This document shows positions 8,287 to 17,073 of a stretch of DNA of 33,189 bases, one piece after another. Under the pieces are notes generated by a model, which saw nothing but the letters and a program-made list of their open reading frames with translations, ran no database searches and was not told the DNA's origin. Source of the DNA: a virus (taxonomy: Duplodnaviria > Caudoviricetes). Positions within the stretch are counted from its first letter, which is position 1; each line of letters opens with the position of its first letter. Made by a program: the position numbers and the translations under genes. The stretch spans positions 1 to 33,189 of the IMG/VR virus record IMGVR_UViG_3300032233_001266. One strand, 5' to 3'.

Positions 8287-8523
8287 ATGTTCACTGTTCC
8301 TTTTCGTTCGTCTTCTTGCATTGAGAAGCTTGAAGTCAACCCCTTCTTTGGTGTTGTCAAGTGTACCTTCAAGGATGGGTACACGTATGAGTATGACAAC
8401 GTTAGTAAGCGAGCGATCCTCAACCTGTTGTTCAATCCCAACATGAGCCTAGGCTTTTGGGTTAACACGAACCTAGTCAACACATCACGAACTGACTATG
8501 CTTGTGTTGATTTCTCGGTCTGA
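8287..8523 (+). CDS. First early protein, KTSC-like small domain
   Basis: ATG 8287. SSCI--L-V...V---FKDG--YEY-NVS...SLGFWVN resembles the KTSC pattern. Confidence 0.65.
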   Translation: MFTVPFRSSSCIEKLEVNPFFGVVKCTFKDGYTYEYDNVSKRAILNLLFNPNMSLGFWVNTNLVNTSRTDYACVDFSV

Positions 8524-8613
8524 TTAGCTGGTCTGATAGTTACACTTAGGGATGGCTAATCACCATCCTTTTCTGTAGCTTTCAAGCTACGTATCCACTT
8601 ACGTATACTGAAC

Positions 8614-9189
8614 ATGACAACCATGATTATCGAGCGCCTGACTGGTCAATCCCTGATTGACTACATCAAGGACGCTACCGATAAGGGACTTAGTAAGTCC
8701 GACATGTGTCTAGGTGCAGGCTATGTGAAGGAGCTACCGTTTGGTGGCACTGGAGCTAGCTTCACCGCCTTCTATGAAGCTTTGTTGGAGGCTAAGGGTG
8801 TTGATGTTGAGGCTGTTGCAGCCGATCAAGCTGAACACTACGTTGACTACAACAAGATGACTGAAGATGAACAGAACTTCTACGATGAGGTGTCTAACCT
8901 CTTTGGTGAGAAGTGGACACATGCACAACAGATGGAGTTCATGGAAGAACTCGACGACCTTGGGATCAAGACAGTCGAGCAGCTCAACGATGCGTACTAT
9001 GGTTGCAACGATGAGTATAACGCTGAGGCATACTTTGCCGAGGATTTCATGATTGAAACCGGTACAATTAGCGAGGACTCACCGTTGTTCTCGTTTATTG
9101 ATTGGCAGCAAGTGTGGGATCATAGCTTCCGCTATGACTTCAACACGGTTGAGTTTGATGGTGAAACGTACTTCTTCCGTAACTCCTGA
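8614..9189 (+). CDS. Acidic early protein: cyAbrB-like N-terminus plus ArdA-like C-terminus
   Basis: N-terminal LTG--L...SKSD----AGYV...FTAFYEALLEAKG. C-terminal YYG...FAEDF...FIDWQQVW...YDF. Strongly D/E-rich. Confidence 0.7.
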   Translation: MTTMIIERLTGQSLIDYIKDATDKGLSKSDMCLGAGYVKELPFGGTGASFTAFYEALLEAKGVDVEAVAADQAEHYVDYNKMTEDEQNFYDEVSNLFGEKWTHAQQMEFMEELDDLGIKTVEQLNDAYYGCNDEYNAEAYFAEDFMIETGTISEDSPLFSFIDWQQVWDHSFRYDFNTVEFDGETYFFRNS

Positions 9190-9273
9190 CTCTCTCACTC
9201 AGCCCATCTATCCACATGGGTATGTTGGGTTTTCTGAGGGACTCACTCCCTTAAGTAACACTAACAAATCACA

Positions 9274-9546
9274 ATGACAATGGAAATCTTTACATTAGCG
9301 AGTGTCTGCGACTGTAGTGGTGACACCGTAATTATTGGTGTATTTGAAAGCATGGACGCAGTCATTGAAAGGTTGCGTTTCATTGGAGCCTATACAGATC
9401 CTGGGGAAGGGTACAAGATTGAGTGTTTCCAGTTGAGTACATTTGAAGAAGAATCAAAACGTACAAAGGAAATGCTTATTACTCGCGCTGAATACAAAGC
9501 AAAACAAGAACGTGATCAAAAGAAATCAGAATCTAGCGAAGCTTGA
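9274..9546 (+). CDS. Hypothetical early protein
   Basis: 90-aa ORF in the early operon. Confidence 0.65.
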   Translation: MTMEIFTLASVCDCSGDTVIIGVFESMDAVIERLRFIGAYTDPGEGYKIECFQLSTFEEESKRTKEMLITRAEYKAKQERDQKKSESSEA

Positions 9547-9639
9547 AGATACAGCTATCGCCGACTATCACAAGGGGTTGCTTACACGTAAGCAGCTCCT
9601 TTCTATTGTTCATAAATTAGACCGCATTAGTTCCACTAA

Positions 9640-9867
9640 ATGACACAAGAACCTAGCAAAGACTGGTTAATTCTGAATGCTATTGAATGTTGGCTATATT
9701 ACTTTCCTGATAACCCATATGCTGAACGTTATAAAGAATTAAAGGATGCAATCGAGTTACAAATGCAAAACCTCGACACCAGAGAAGTGGAAGAGGAAGG
9801 GGAAAGCAAGGCCGCAGGCCGTGCGCCAATCAAAAGAAAGACTCAAACACCTCAAGCTAAAGTATAA
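9640..9867 (+). CDS. Hypothetical early protein
   Basis: 75-aa ORF, tightly packed with its neighbours. Confidence 0.6.
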   Translation: MTQEPSKDWLILNAIECWLYYFPDNPYAERYKELKDAIELQMQNLDTREVEEEGESKAAGRAPIKRKTQTPQAKV

Positions 9868-9869
9868 GA

Positions 9870-10031
9870 ATGATTCACAATCACAGAATTGATGTGTATG
9901 AGGTCACGCTTAGTTCAGGTACTAGATACATCCTAGCGCCCAATTCCGAGCGAGCAGCATGGAATGCATTGGAATTGTCCCATGAACGCAACGATAAACT
10001 TCTCAACGTTAAACTAAAAGATGAGTGGTAA
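9870..10031 (+). CDS. Small hypothetical early protein (53 aa)
   Basis: MIHNHRIDVYEVTLSSGTRYILAPNSERAAWNALELSHERNDKLLNVKLKDEW. Fills the gap exactly and overlaps the next start. Below the ORF-track cutoff. Confidence 0.6.
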   Translation: MIHNHRIDVYEVTLSSGTRYILAPNSERAAWNALELSHERNDKLLNVKLKDEW

Positions 10032-10344
10032 GAAACGCTATTATCCGAATAATTGGCAAGAATACAAGGACTCAGATGATGACATGTTTGAAACCCACAC
10101 GTTTGAAGAGTTAATGATGTGGAAAGTAGGAGGATGGGAGTTACCGTCTTCTGTTGATTGTATCATCAGGGTTTCAGATGTAGCCACAGGTAAGATAAAG
10201 GAGCATGTTTATCAACGTAATAGTGCAGCCAGAAAGAAGGTTGCAGAGTTAATTAAAACACCTGGCATTGAGTTCACGGTATGTGATCACGATGCAATCC
10301 ACCATTTAACGCAAGAGGAAGCAATTAATGAACTCGACTTTTGA
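10021..10344 (+). CDS. Hypothetical early protein
   Basis: 107 aa, YYPNNW...WELPSSV-CIIR...EHVYQ. Confidence 0.7.
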   Translation: MSGKKRYYPNNWQEYKDSDDDMFETHTFEELMMWKVGGWELPSSVDCIIRVSDVATGKIKEHVYQRNSAARKKVAELIKTPGIEFTVCDHDAIHHLTQEEAINELDF

Positions 10345-10453
10345 GCGCAGGTTAGAGCAACTTATGCAAGAGTTACATAATCATGAGCATAAAGAGGAGC
10401 TGCTAAAGCTAGCGATGGAGCAGCTGTACGACGACATGGACACCATTGAATAG
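10328..10453 (+). CDS. Small helical hypothetical protein (41 aa)
   Basis: MNSTFERRLEQLMQELHNHEHKEELLKLAMEQLYDDMDTIE, with GAGG shortly upstream. Confidence 0.55.
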   Translation: MNSTFERRLEQLMQELHNHEHKEELLKLAMEQLYDDMDTIE

Positions 10454-10573
10454 GTGTGCTGCATATAGCTGCGGCTTGTCGTCGTGTAGCCCTTTGAACA
10501 TAGTTAAGCAATGCTTCGGAGTGCAGACAACTGCTGCACGATCTTTAGTATATGTTTATGCAGTAAAGCATTA

Positions 10574-10774
10574 ATGCGTATCTTCTCTTTCGGACCACTG
10601 TACATCGGTACAGATAAGGAATCCTTTTGGGATTTCTGGATAAATAGTACGGATGTATCTATCCACCTTGGTATAATCCGAGTAGAGTTAGATCGGCCAC
10701 ATTTAAGGAACCATGGACCCCTTCAGAAGGGAGCTCACCAACCCAACAATGGAGAGGCTTCTCAAGGCTATTGA
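10574..10774 (+). CDS. Hypothetical protein
   Basis: ATG 10574 within the 10511 ORF. Overlaps the start of the wHTH gene. Confidence 0.45.
   Translation: MRIFSFGPLYIGTDKESFWDFWINSTDVSIHLGIIRVELDRPHLRNHGPLQKGAHQPNNGEASQGY
10669..10677 (+). promoter_or_regulatory. Extended -10 promoter for the regulator-integrase pair
   Basis: TG-G-TATAAT, 35 nt upstream of ATG 10713, which has an AAGGA Shine-Dalgarno. Confidence 0.6.
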
Positions 10775-11069
10775 GTTGCTTCGGGTCTTAGTGGATCGAG
10801 AGATGCCAGCCCAGGCAGTCTCCTGCTTTTTATATGTTGCATCGCATAGTCGTTGCCATAAAACTGCAATGGAGGAGGACTTGGGGTTCACTACTGCCAG
10901 TGGCAGTCGTAACACCGACTGGTTGTCTCAAACCAACCGGCTAGGTCAGCAAGGACTTGGCCTAATTATCAAGGAGGCAGACCCATCTAACAAACGCCGA
11001 GTCATGCTCACTCTCTCACCCAAGGGAGAAGAGATTAGTAAACAACTCGAACGAATTCTCTATGATTAA
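10713..11069 (+). CDS. MarR-like winged-helix transcription regulator
   Basis: HTH (EEDLGFTTASGSRNTDWL) and wing (GLI-KE-DP-NKRR-ML-LS-KG). Directly upstream of the integrase. Confidence 0.85.
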   Translation: MDPFRRELTNPTMERLLKAIELLRVLVDREMPAQAVSCFLYVASHSRCHKTAMEEDLGFTTASGSRNTDWLSQTNRLGQQGLGLIIKEADPSNKRRVMLTLSPKGEEISKQLERILYD

Positions 11070-11961
11070 ACCGAAAAGCATCACCCGTTTTTCACAAGCG
11101 TTTAAGTTTACGCAAGAGTACAAACCTACATGGAGTTGTGGTAGTGCATTCGCAGGTAACTGCGTAAGCAACTACAACCACATCATGACATATGCAGCTG
11201 TTGATCCCAAGTTAGAGACAATCAGCCACAACTGGTTAAAGTCTATCTTGGAGGAATATGCTGATGATCGTGCATCACAAGGTCAAGAAACTTCTAACGC
11301 CACATTAAATCGCCACCTAGCTACGGTTAGGACAGTGATGAAGGTGATGGCAATTGAGGATTACATTGATCGTGTACCTGTCTTCCAACAATGGGAAGAA
11401 AGTGAGGGACGTACTAACTTCTACCGCAAGGAAGAAGTAGATCAACTTATTCACTACTCACTAGAACGTGATGACATTGCGCTAGCTCATACCATCCAAT
11501 TTGCAGCCTATACAGGTCTGCGTCAAGGTGAATTGAGAAAGCTCAGAGTCAGGGACGTGGACTGGAGAGATGACATTATCCACGTAGGTGGCACGCCTGA
11601 GACGCGCACTAAAGCAAAGAACTACAGGGTTGTTGGTATTGCCGACTCACTGAAATCAATGCTAAAGATGCGTACGCAGGGCCGCGATCGAATGGATTAT
11701 GTGTTCGATGAATGGACCAGTGGTCAGCAATTGTACCGGAAGTTTCTGAAGGTACGCAACCGACTCATCCATGAATCGGATTACATCGACGAATCGTATG
11801 TGTTCCACACGCTACGTCACAGCTATGGGACGTGGCAGATACAAGCGGGTACACCGCTAGTAGAAGTGAAGTACGCCATGGGTCACAAGAATGTGAGCAC
11901 CACTGAGCGGTACATCCATAACACATATGGGTCCAAACGTCAAATGGCCAACGCTATCTAG
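11062..11961 (+). CDS. int: Tyrosine integrase
   Basis: YTGLRQGEL (R), TKAK (K), FHTLRH, MGH, TTERY (Y). All catalytic residues present. Confidence 0.95.
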   Translation: MIKPKSITRFSQAFKFTQEYKPTWSCGSAFAGNCVSNYNHIMTYAAVDPKLETISHNWLKSILEEYADDRASQGQETSNATLNRHLATVRTVMKVMAIEDYIDRVPVFQQWEESEGRTNFYRKEEVDQLIHYSLERDDIALAHTIQFAAYTGLRQGELRKLRVRDVDWRDDIIHVGGTPETRTKAKNYRVVGIADSLKSMLKMRTQGRDRMDYVFDEWTSGQQLYRKFLKVRNRLIHESDYIDESYVFHTLRHSYGTWQIQAGTPLVEVKYAMGHKNVSTTERYIHNTYGSKRQMANAI

Positions 11962-12043
11962 TCAACGTCTAGTAGGTCCTGAAAAAGGGGTCAACGGCAC
12001 GCAACCAGGTAAAGTTCTAGTGATCTCGTCGCTGAGATCCCTT

Positions 12044-12085
12044 GGGAGCGTGGCGGAATTGGTAGACGCATTCGACTCAAAATCG
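12044..12085 (+). mobile_element. Putative attP core: 5' half of tRNA-Leu(CAA)
   Basis: GGGAGCGTGGCGGAATTGGTAGACGCATTCGACTCAAAATCG gives the acceptor 5' strand, D-arm and anticodon loop CTCAAAA, with no T-arm or 3' strand. Located just downstream of int. Confidence 0.85.
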
Positions 12086-12114
12086 CAGCCAAATTCTATG
12101 CAGTTTGGTACACG

Positions 12115-12137
12115 AGGGGGAGAGATCCCCCTTTTTT
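12115..12137 (+). terminator. Intrinsic terminator after attP
   Basis: AGGGGGA-GAGA-TCCCCCT followed by a T-run. Confidence 0.7.
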
Positions 12138-12231
12138 ATTGGTATAGCTAGCTATCCACTTGGGTACGCTTTACACGAAATATCTAGCTGCAAAAACGAA
12201 GGTCAATTAACAATTATTCACAATCACGCCT

Positions 12232-14571
12232 ATGAAAGATCCAGCGCTGCTGGCGGAGCAGGTTGCCTTGGAGCGCGACCAGATCAGGCAAGGGCTTGCC
12301 CGGTTACGTGACAACACCAAGAAGCTGGAGGAAAAGGAGTACGCCTCAGCGTCTGTCTATGGGGTGAGCTCGATCGATGCACTACTGCCAAAGGTGGTAG
12401 AGCAGATCACAAAAACCAGAGCCCGGATCAATAAAGGAAAGACCGGCACATCGTTCAAGGAGATCCAGCACTTTTTGGCAGACCTTGAACCACTGGCTGC
12501 AGCTGCCATTGCCTGCAAGCTCACCTTTGACAAAGTGTTTGGGTTTAAGCAGGGCAGCAATCAGCTGGTTTCCGTCTGCGATGCAATTGGCAGTGCCGTA
12601 GAGGCTGAGTGTCAGATGCGTCACTACGAGGCAAAGGCCCCAGGCCTTCTTAACGTACTAAAACAGAACTATTGGCACAAGGCCATCGGCACCCACCAAA
12701 AGAAGGTGGTGATCCAAACCCTGATGAACCGCTATGACGTGGAGGTTTGGAAAGGATGGGGCCGAGCTAATCGGGTCAAGCTTGGTGGTTGGCTGTTGGA
12801 CTGCATCATGCAGACCTCGGGTTGGTTTGAGAAGGAGATCAGGAGGGAAGGAACACGAACAAACAACTTCGTAGTACCAACAGCAGATTTCATAGCCATC
12901 AAGGATCAGGTGATGGCCGATGCTGAGCTGTTTGCTCCACTGACATGGCCAATGCTCGTTGAACCAAACGATTGGACGAACGACACAGCTGGTGGCTACA
13001 TCCTGAACGAAGTCATGAAGGGCCATGACATGGTGCGTCGGGGAGGTAACGGGCGTATACAGGGGGAAACACCGCTGACCTTTTTGAACAAGATTCAGAA
13101 GGTTGCGTACCGCCTGAACCCATTCACTGTTGAAGTGGCTGAAGTGTTGATGGAAAAGGGGATAGCGATTGGTAAATTTGTACCGATCACGGAGATCCCA
13201 CTACCTCCTAAGCCATACGACATTGCTGAGAATGACGAGGCTCGGATGAGCTATCGACGTGCAGCAGCTGAGGTCATGAACAACAATGCCCAGAGCTTCA
13301 AGCGTTCATGTCGTACAAGGATGACGATGGAGGCTGTTGCTCGCTTCAAGAGTAAGGATGAGTTCTACATCCCTTGGTCTTTTGATTATCGGGGTAGAGT
13401 TTATCCAATACCAGCATTCCTAACACCACAAGACACCGATTTTGGTAAGTCCTTACTTAGGTTTGCTGATGAAACACATATCACAAAAGAAGCTGAGGAT
13501 TGGATCGCATTCAGCGTAGCCACCTGCTACGGGCTAGATAAGGAGCCGATGGATGTGCGTCTTGAATGGGTCTTGGATCACCAGCAGTACATCACACAAG
13601 TAGCAACTGACCCACTAGGGAACATGCACTTGTGGGAAGTAGCTGATGAACCTTGGCAATTCCTAGCGGCGTGTGATGAGTACTACCATGTAGTCATTGC
13701 TCGTGATCGAAAGACAACAGGCTTCATGGTTGCTTGTGATGCAACATGTAGTGGTCTTCAGATCCTTGCTGGGTTAGCCCGTGATGCCTCTACAGCAAGC
13801 CTTGTGAACGTCTTGCCTAGCGATAGACCACAAGATGCTTACAAGGTCATTGCTGAGGCTGCTAGGCCCCACTGTCCAAAATCTATCCAGCCTTATATGG
13901 ATAGAAAAACTGTTAAACGTACGGTAATGACCGTACCTTACAACGCCAAACCTTTTTCAAACCGTGCATACATCAAGGAAGCACTGAAGGAGAAAGGAGT
14001 TGAGATTGAGAAGGATGACTTAACAGCTACTGTCAAAGCCGTACGTGATGCCATGAACCGGGTAGTACCTGGGCCTATGGCTGTCATGAAATGGATCGAA
14101 GATGAAGTCAAGCTGGCGATGAAGCGAGGTGTCAGAGAACTTAAGTGGGTTACACCATCAGGTTTTGTGGTCTACCAAAAGCTTCAGAAGAAGTTAGTTG
14201 AAGTAGTAAGTCTTCAGTTGCTTGGACGCTGTGAAGTGCGGGTAGCAACAGATGATACCGATAAGGTTGATGCAAACCGCCATAAGGCAGCTACTGCTCC
14301 AAATCTGATTCACAGTCTTGATGCAAGCTTGTTACATCTAAGCGCAATACGGTTCAATTCACCGATCGCATTGATCCACGACTCAGTGCTGTGCAGAGCT
14401 ACAGACATGTCGATCCTATCCACTATGGTACGGGAAACATACATGTATCTCTTTGCGGAGCATGACTATCTAAAAGACTTTGCCCGCCAGATCGGGGCAG
14501 AGACAGAACCACCGATCATTGGAAACCTTGAACCCAAGTCGGTAATTAATTCCACGTATTTCTTTTGTTAA
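12232..14571 (+). CDS. Single-subunit DNA-directed RNA polymerase (T7 gp1-like)
   Basis: DYRGRVY, DATCSGLQ (motif A), RKTVKRTVMTVPY (motif B), PNLIHSLDA, IHDS (motif C). Confidence 0.98.
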   Translation: MKDPALLAEQVALERDQIRQGLARLRDNTKKLEEKEYASASVYGVSSIDALLPKVVEQITKTRARINKGKTGTSFKEIQHFLADLEPLAAAAIACKLTFDKVFGFKQGSNQLVSVCDAIGSAVEAECQMRHYEAKAPGLLNVLKQNYWHKAIGTHQKKVVIQTLMNRYDVEVWKGWGRANRVKLGGWLLDCIMQTSGWFEKEIRREGTRTNNFVVPTADFIAIKDQVMADAELFAPLTWPMLVEPNDWTNDTAGGYILNEVMKGHDMVRRGGNGRIQGETPLTFLNKIQKVAYRLNPFTVEVAEVLMEKGIAIGKFVPITEIPLPPKPYDIAENDEARMSYRRAAAEVMNNNAQSFKRSCRTRMTMEAVARFKSKDEFYIPWSFDYRGRVYPIPAFLTPQDTDFGKSLLRFADETHITKEAEDWIAFSVATCYGLDKEPMDVRLEWVLDHQQYITQVATDPLGNMHLWEVADEPWQFLAACDEYYHVVIARDRKTTGFMVACDATCSGLQILAGLARDASTASLVNVLPSDRPQDAYKVIAEAARPHCPKSIQPYMDRKTVKRTVMTVPYNAKPFSNRAYIKEALKEKGVEIEKDDLTATVKAVRDAMNRVVPGPMAVMKWIEDEVKLAMKRGVRELKWVTPSGFVVYQKLQKKLVEVVSLQLLGRCEVRVATDDTDKVDANRHKAATAPNLIHSLDASLLHLSAIRFNSPIALIHDSVLCRATDMSILSTMVRETYMYLFAEHDYLKDFARQIGAETEPPIIGNLEPKSVINSTYFFC
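13045..13068 (+). promoter_or_regulatory. Candidate phage RNAP promoter, copy 2 (inside the RNAP gene)
   Basis: Exact 24-nt match to 6690-6713. Encodes GNGRIQGE. Confidence 0.6.
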
Positions 14572-15140
14572 TGGCACAATCCATCCACATTACCCAACAG
14601 CCTGTAGTCCTTGAAGGCTATCAAGCTGTGATGAAACCGAGTAAGTTTGGCTATTCTCTATCTGCAATTGTAGATGCTACGCTAATCGAAACTCTTGAAG
14701 ATGACCGAGTAGAAACCCTGAAGTGGGCAGAATCAAAGCTGAAGAATCCTAAGCGCAGCGTATTGAAGCCAGAGCCTTGGGAAGAAGTGGCAGAGAATCA
14801 ATACAAAGTTAAGTTTAACTGGAATGAAGAAACACGTCCGCCCGTGGTGGATTCAGAAGGTACAGCAATTACCGATGAATCAACTCCGATTTATAGCGGG
14901 TCTAAAGTCAAGCTTGCGTTTCGGCAAAAGCCTTACATCCTCAAAGACGGTGTCACCTATGGCACGAGCCTTAAGCTTGTTGGAGTACAAGTCGTTGCAC
15001 TTAACGGTGCAGCAGGAGTCGACACTGGTGATCTCGATGAAACCGAAGTGGCAGCCCTGTTTGGCCAAACTAAGGGATATAAGTCCAACGATCCCAATGT
15101 AACTCCAAAGGCTGTCGAAGTAGCTGACGACGACTTCTAA
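14571..15140 (+). CDS. ssDNA-binding protein (gp2.5-like)
   Basis: TAATG coupling to RNAP, IYSGSKVKL, SLKLVGVQV, acidic tail ending DDDF. Confidence 0.9.
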   Translation: MAQSIHITQQPVVLEGYQAVMKPSKFGYSLSAIVDATLIETLEDDRVETLKWAESKLKNPKRSVLKPEPWEEVAENQYKVKFNWNEETRPPVVDSEGTAITDESTPIYSGSKVKLAFRQKPYILKDGVTYGTSLKLVGVQVVALNGAAGVDTGDLDETEVAALFGQTKGYKSNDPNVTPKAVEVADDDF

Positions 15141-15493
15141 TGAAGTTCCGCTCAGGATTGGAAGAGAAGGTTGCTGATCTTCTCTCCAACCTTGGTGTTG
15201 AGTACGAATATGAATCTACAAAAGTTCCTTACGTGTTGCGATGCAATTATACGCCTGACTTTTTACTTCTTAACGGCATTTATCTTGAGACCAAAGGTCT
15301 TTTTGATGCTGAGGATCGTAGAAAGATGCTGGCTGTAAAAGCTGATAACCCAGAGCTAGACATACGATTTGTATTTCAATCGCCCTATAACAAAATCAGC
15401 AAGGGATCCAAGACCACCTACGCCAAGTGGTGTGAGAAAAATGGGTTCAAATGGACCTCATACACGAATATACCTATTGACTGGCTCACATGA
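15140..15493 (+). CDS. Endonuclease I / Holliday junction resolvase (gp3-like)
   Basis: FRSGLE, YTPDF, ETKG, LDIRFVFQ, TTYAKWC. Confidence 0.95.
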   Translation: MKFRSGLEEKVADLLSNLGVEYEYESTKVPYVLRCNYTPDFLLLNGIYLETKGLFDAEDRRKMLAVKADNPELDIRFVFQSPYNKISKGSKTTYAKWCEKNGFKWTSYTNIPIDWLT

Positions 15494-17073
15494 GCGAGAG
15501 CGAATTCGTAAGGCATGAGCCATGCGCTAGCTGTGGATCATCAGATGCAAATAGCTTGTATTCCGATGGCCACAGCTTTTGTTTTGCATGTCTTACATGG
15601 CTCCCGGGAGAGGGAGAAATTGTTCACAATCACAAAAGAATGACCAACAGTGTCTACTTACAAGGCTCAGCCGGACGGCTGCAGAAACGAAACATCAGTG
15701 AAAAAGTCTGTCAAAAATATAAAATCTACAAAGACGGAGACCTTCTACGGTTCTATTATTTCGACGATGCTGGAATCGTTCGGGGTTGCAAAGTAAAGAC
15801 AAAAGAAAAAGACTTTAGCTATGAAGGAGAAGTACCCGGAACCCTCTTTGGGCAACATTTGTTTCCCTCCACTGGAAAACGAGTTGTCATTACAGAGGGG
15901 GAACTCGATGCAGCTTCATGTCAAGAAGCTATGCCGGGGTGGCCGATGGTTTCTTTACCTAGCGGTGCCGCATCGGCAAGAAAGGCGATCCAAAGGGCTA
16001 TCCCATGGCTACAGGGCTATGAAAGCATTGTCTTGTTCTTCGACAACGACGAGGCTGGCCGTAAGGCAACGACGGAAGCGGCTGGGGTCTTACCACCTGG
16101 CAAGGTGTCGATCGCTCAAATTGTTGAGCCATACAAGGATGCAAGCGATGCGCTTCAAGCCAATGACGCTGAAGCAATTAGGAGAGCTATTTGGGATGCC
16201 ACCCCATACAGGCCGGATGGCATCGTTGACGCAAAGACTCTTCTCGAAGTAGTAACAACACCTAGTCCACCACATGATCACGAATACCCCTTCAAAGGGT
16301 TACAAGAAAAGCTCAAAGGTATCCGTTATGGAGAGCTCACCTGCATTACCGCAGGATCTGGAATCGGAAAAAGTTCATTCTGCAGAGAACTTGCAACTCA
16401 CCTACTCAACAACGGGGAACGAGTTGGATACTTGGCTTTGGAGGAAAGTAACAGACGAACAGCCTTAGGGCTGATGTCTGCAGCAGTAGGAAAATCATTA
16501 CACATTGGAGAACATGACCGATCTACCCTCACCGAGGCTTATCAAAAGTCTCTTGCTAATTGGAACTTGTTTCTTTTTGATGGGTTTGGGTCTTATGATC
16601 CAGATCTCATCTACAACAGAATTGAGTACCTGGCAACAGGTCTTGATACGAGGATCATATTTCTAGATCACCTATCCATTCTATTGAGTGGTCTTGATGG
16701 CGATGAACGTCGCATGATCGACACCACAATGACCAAACTTCGCTCATTGGTTGAGCGCACAGGGATTGCCATGTTCTTGGTATCCCACTTACGTCGTACT
16801 ACTAGCACTGATAAAAATCATGAAGAGGGAGCAAGAGTCACCCTTGGACAACTACGTGGTTCTGCAGCAATTGCGCAACTGTCAGATGGAGTTATTGCAC
16901 TTGAACGGGATCAGCAGTCGAATGGAGGCAACTCTAGAACGACTGTACGAGTCCTTAAAAACAGATACAGCGGAGAGACTGGCGTAGCTTGCCATCTTGA
17001 TTACGACCTAGATACATGTAAGTTCAATGAAACAGAACCAGAATCAGAATTCGACGCAAGTAACGATTTCTAA
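15490..17073 (+). CDS. Primase/helicase (gp4-like)
   Basis: Cys4 Zn finger, TOPRIM (EGELD, FDND), Walker A AGSGIGKS, LRGS, KNRYSGETG. Confidence 0.97.
   Translation: MSESEFVRHEPCASCGSSDANSLYSDGHSFCFACLTWLPGEGEIVHNHKRMTNSVYLQGSAGRLQKRNISEKVCQKYKIYKDGDLLRFYYFDDAGIVRGCKVKTKEKDFSYEGEVPGTLFGQHLFPSTGKRVVITEGELDAASCQEAMPGWPMVSLPSGAASARKAIQRAIPWLQGYESIVLFFDNDEAGRKATTEAAGVLPPGKVSIAQIVEPYKDASDALQANDAEAIRRAIWDATPYRPDGIVDAKTLLEVVTTPSPPHDHEYPFKGLQEKLKGIRYGELTCITAGSGIGKSSFCRELATHLLNNGERVGYLALEESNRRTALGLMSAAVGKSLHIGEHDRSTLTEAYQKSLANWNLFLFDGFGSYDPDLIYNRIEYLATGLDTRIIFLDHLSILLSGLDGDERRMIDTTMTKLRSLVERTGIAMFLVSHLRRTTSTDKNHEEGARVTLGQLRGSAAIAQLSDGVIALERDQQSNGGNSRTTVRVLKNRYSGETGVACHLDYDLDTCKFNETEPESEFDASNDF

Noticed and set aside
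9443-9643. 66-aa ORF overlapping the 9274 gene
   Set aside because: The 3' half may be a real micro-gene because it fills the gap and is coupled to 9640, but no start could be supported, so it is not listed as a feature.
12044-12085. Complete tRNA-Leu gene
   Set aside because: Similarity stops within the anticodon stem. There is no variable arm, T-arm or acceptor 3' strand, so it is treated as attP.
3196-14430. TATCCAC sites as DnaA boxes or NtcA sites
   Set aside because: They do not match the full TTATCCACA, the invariant GTA at fixed spacing is not a DnaA feature, and they lack the GTA-N8-TAC palindrome.
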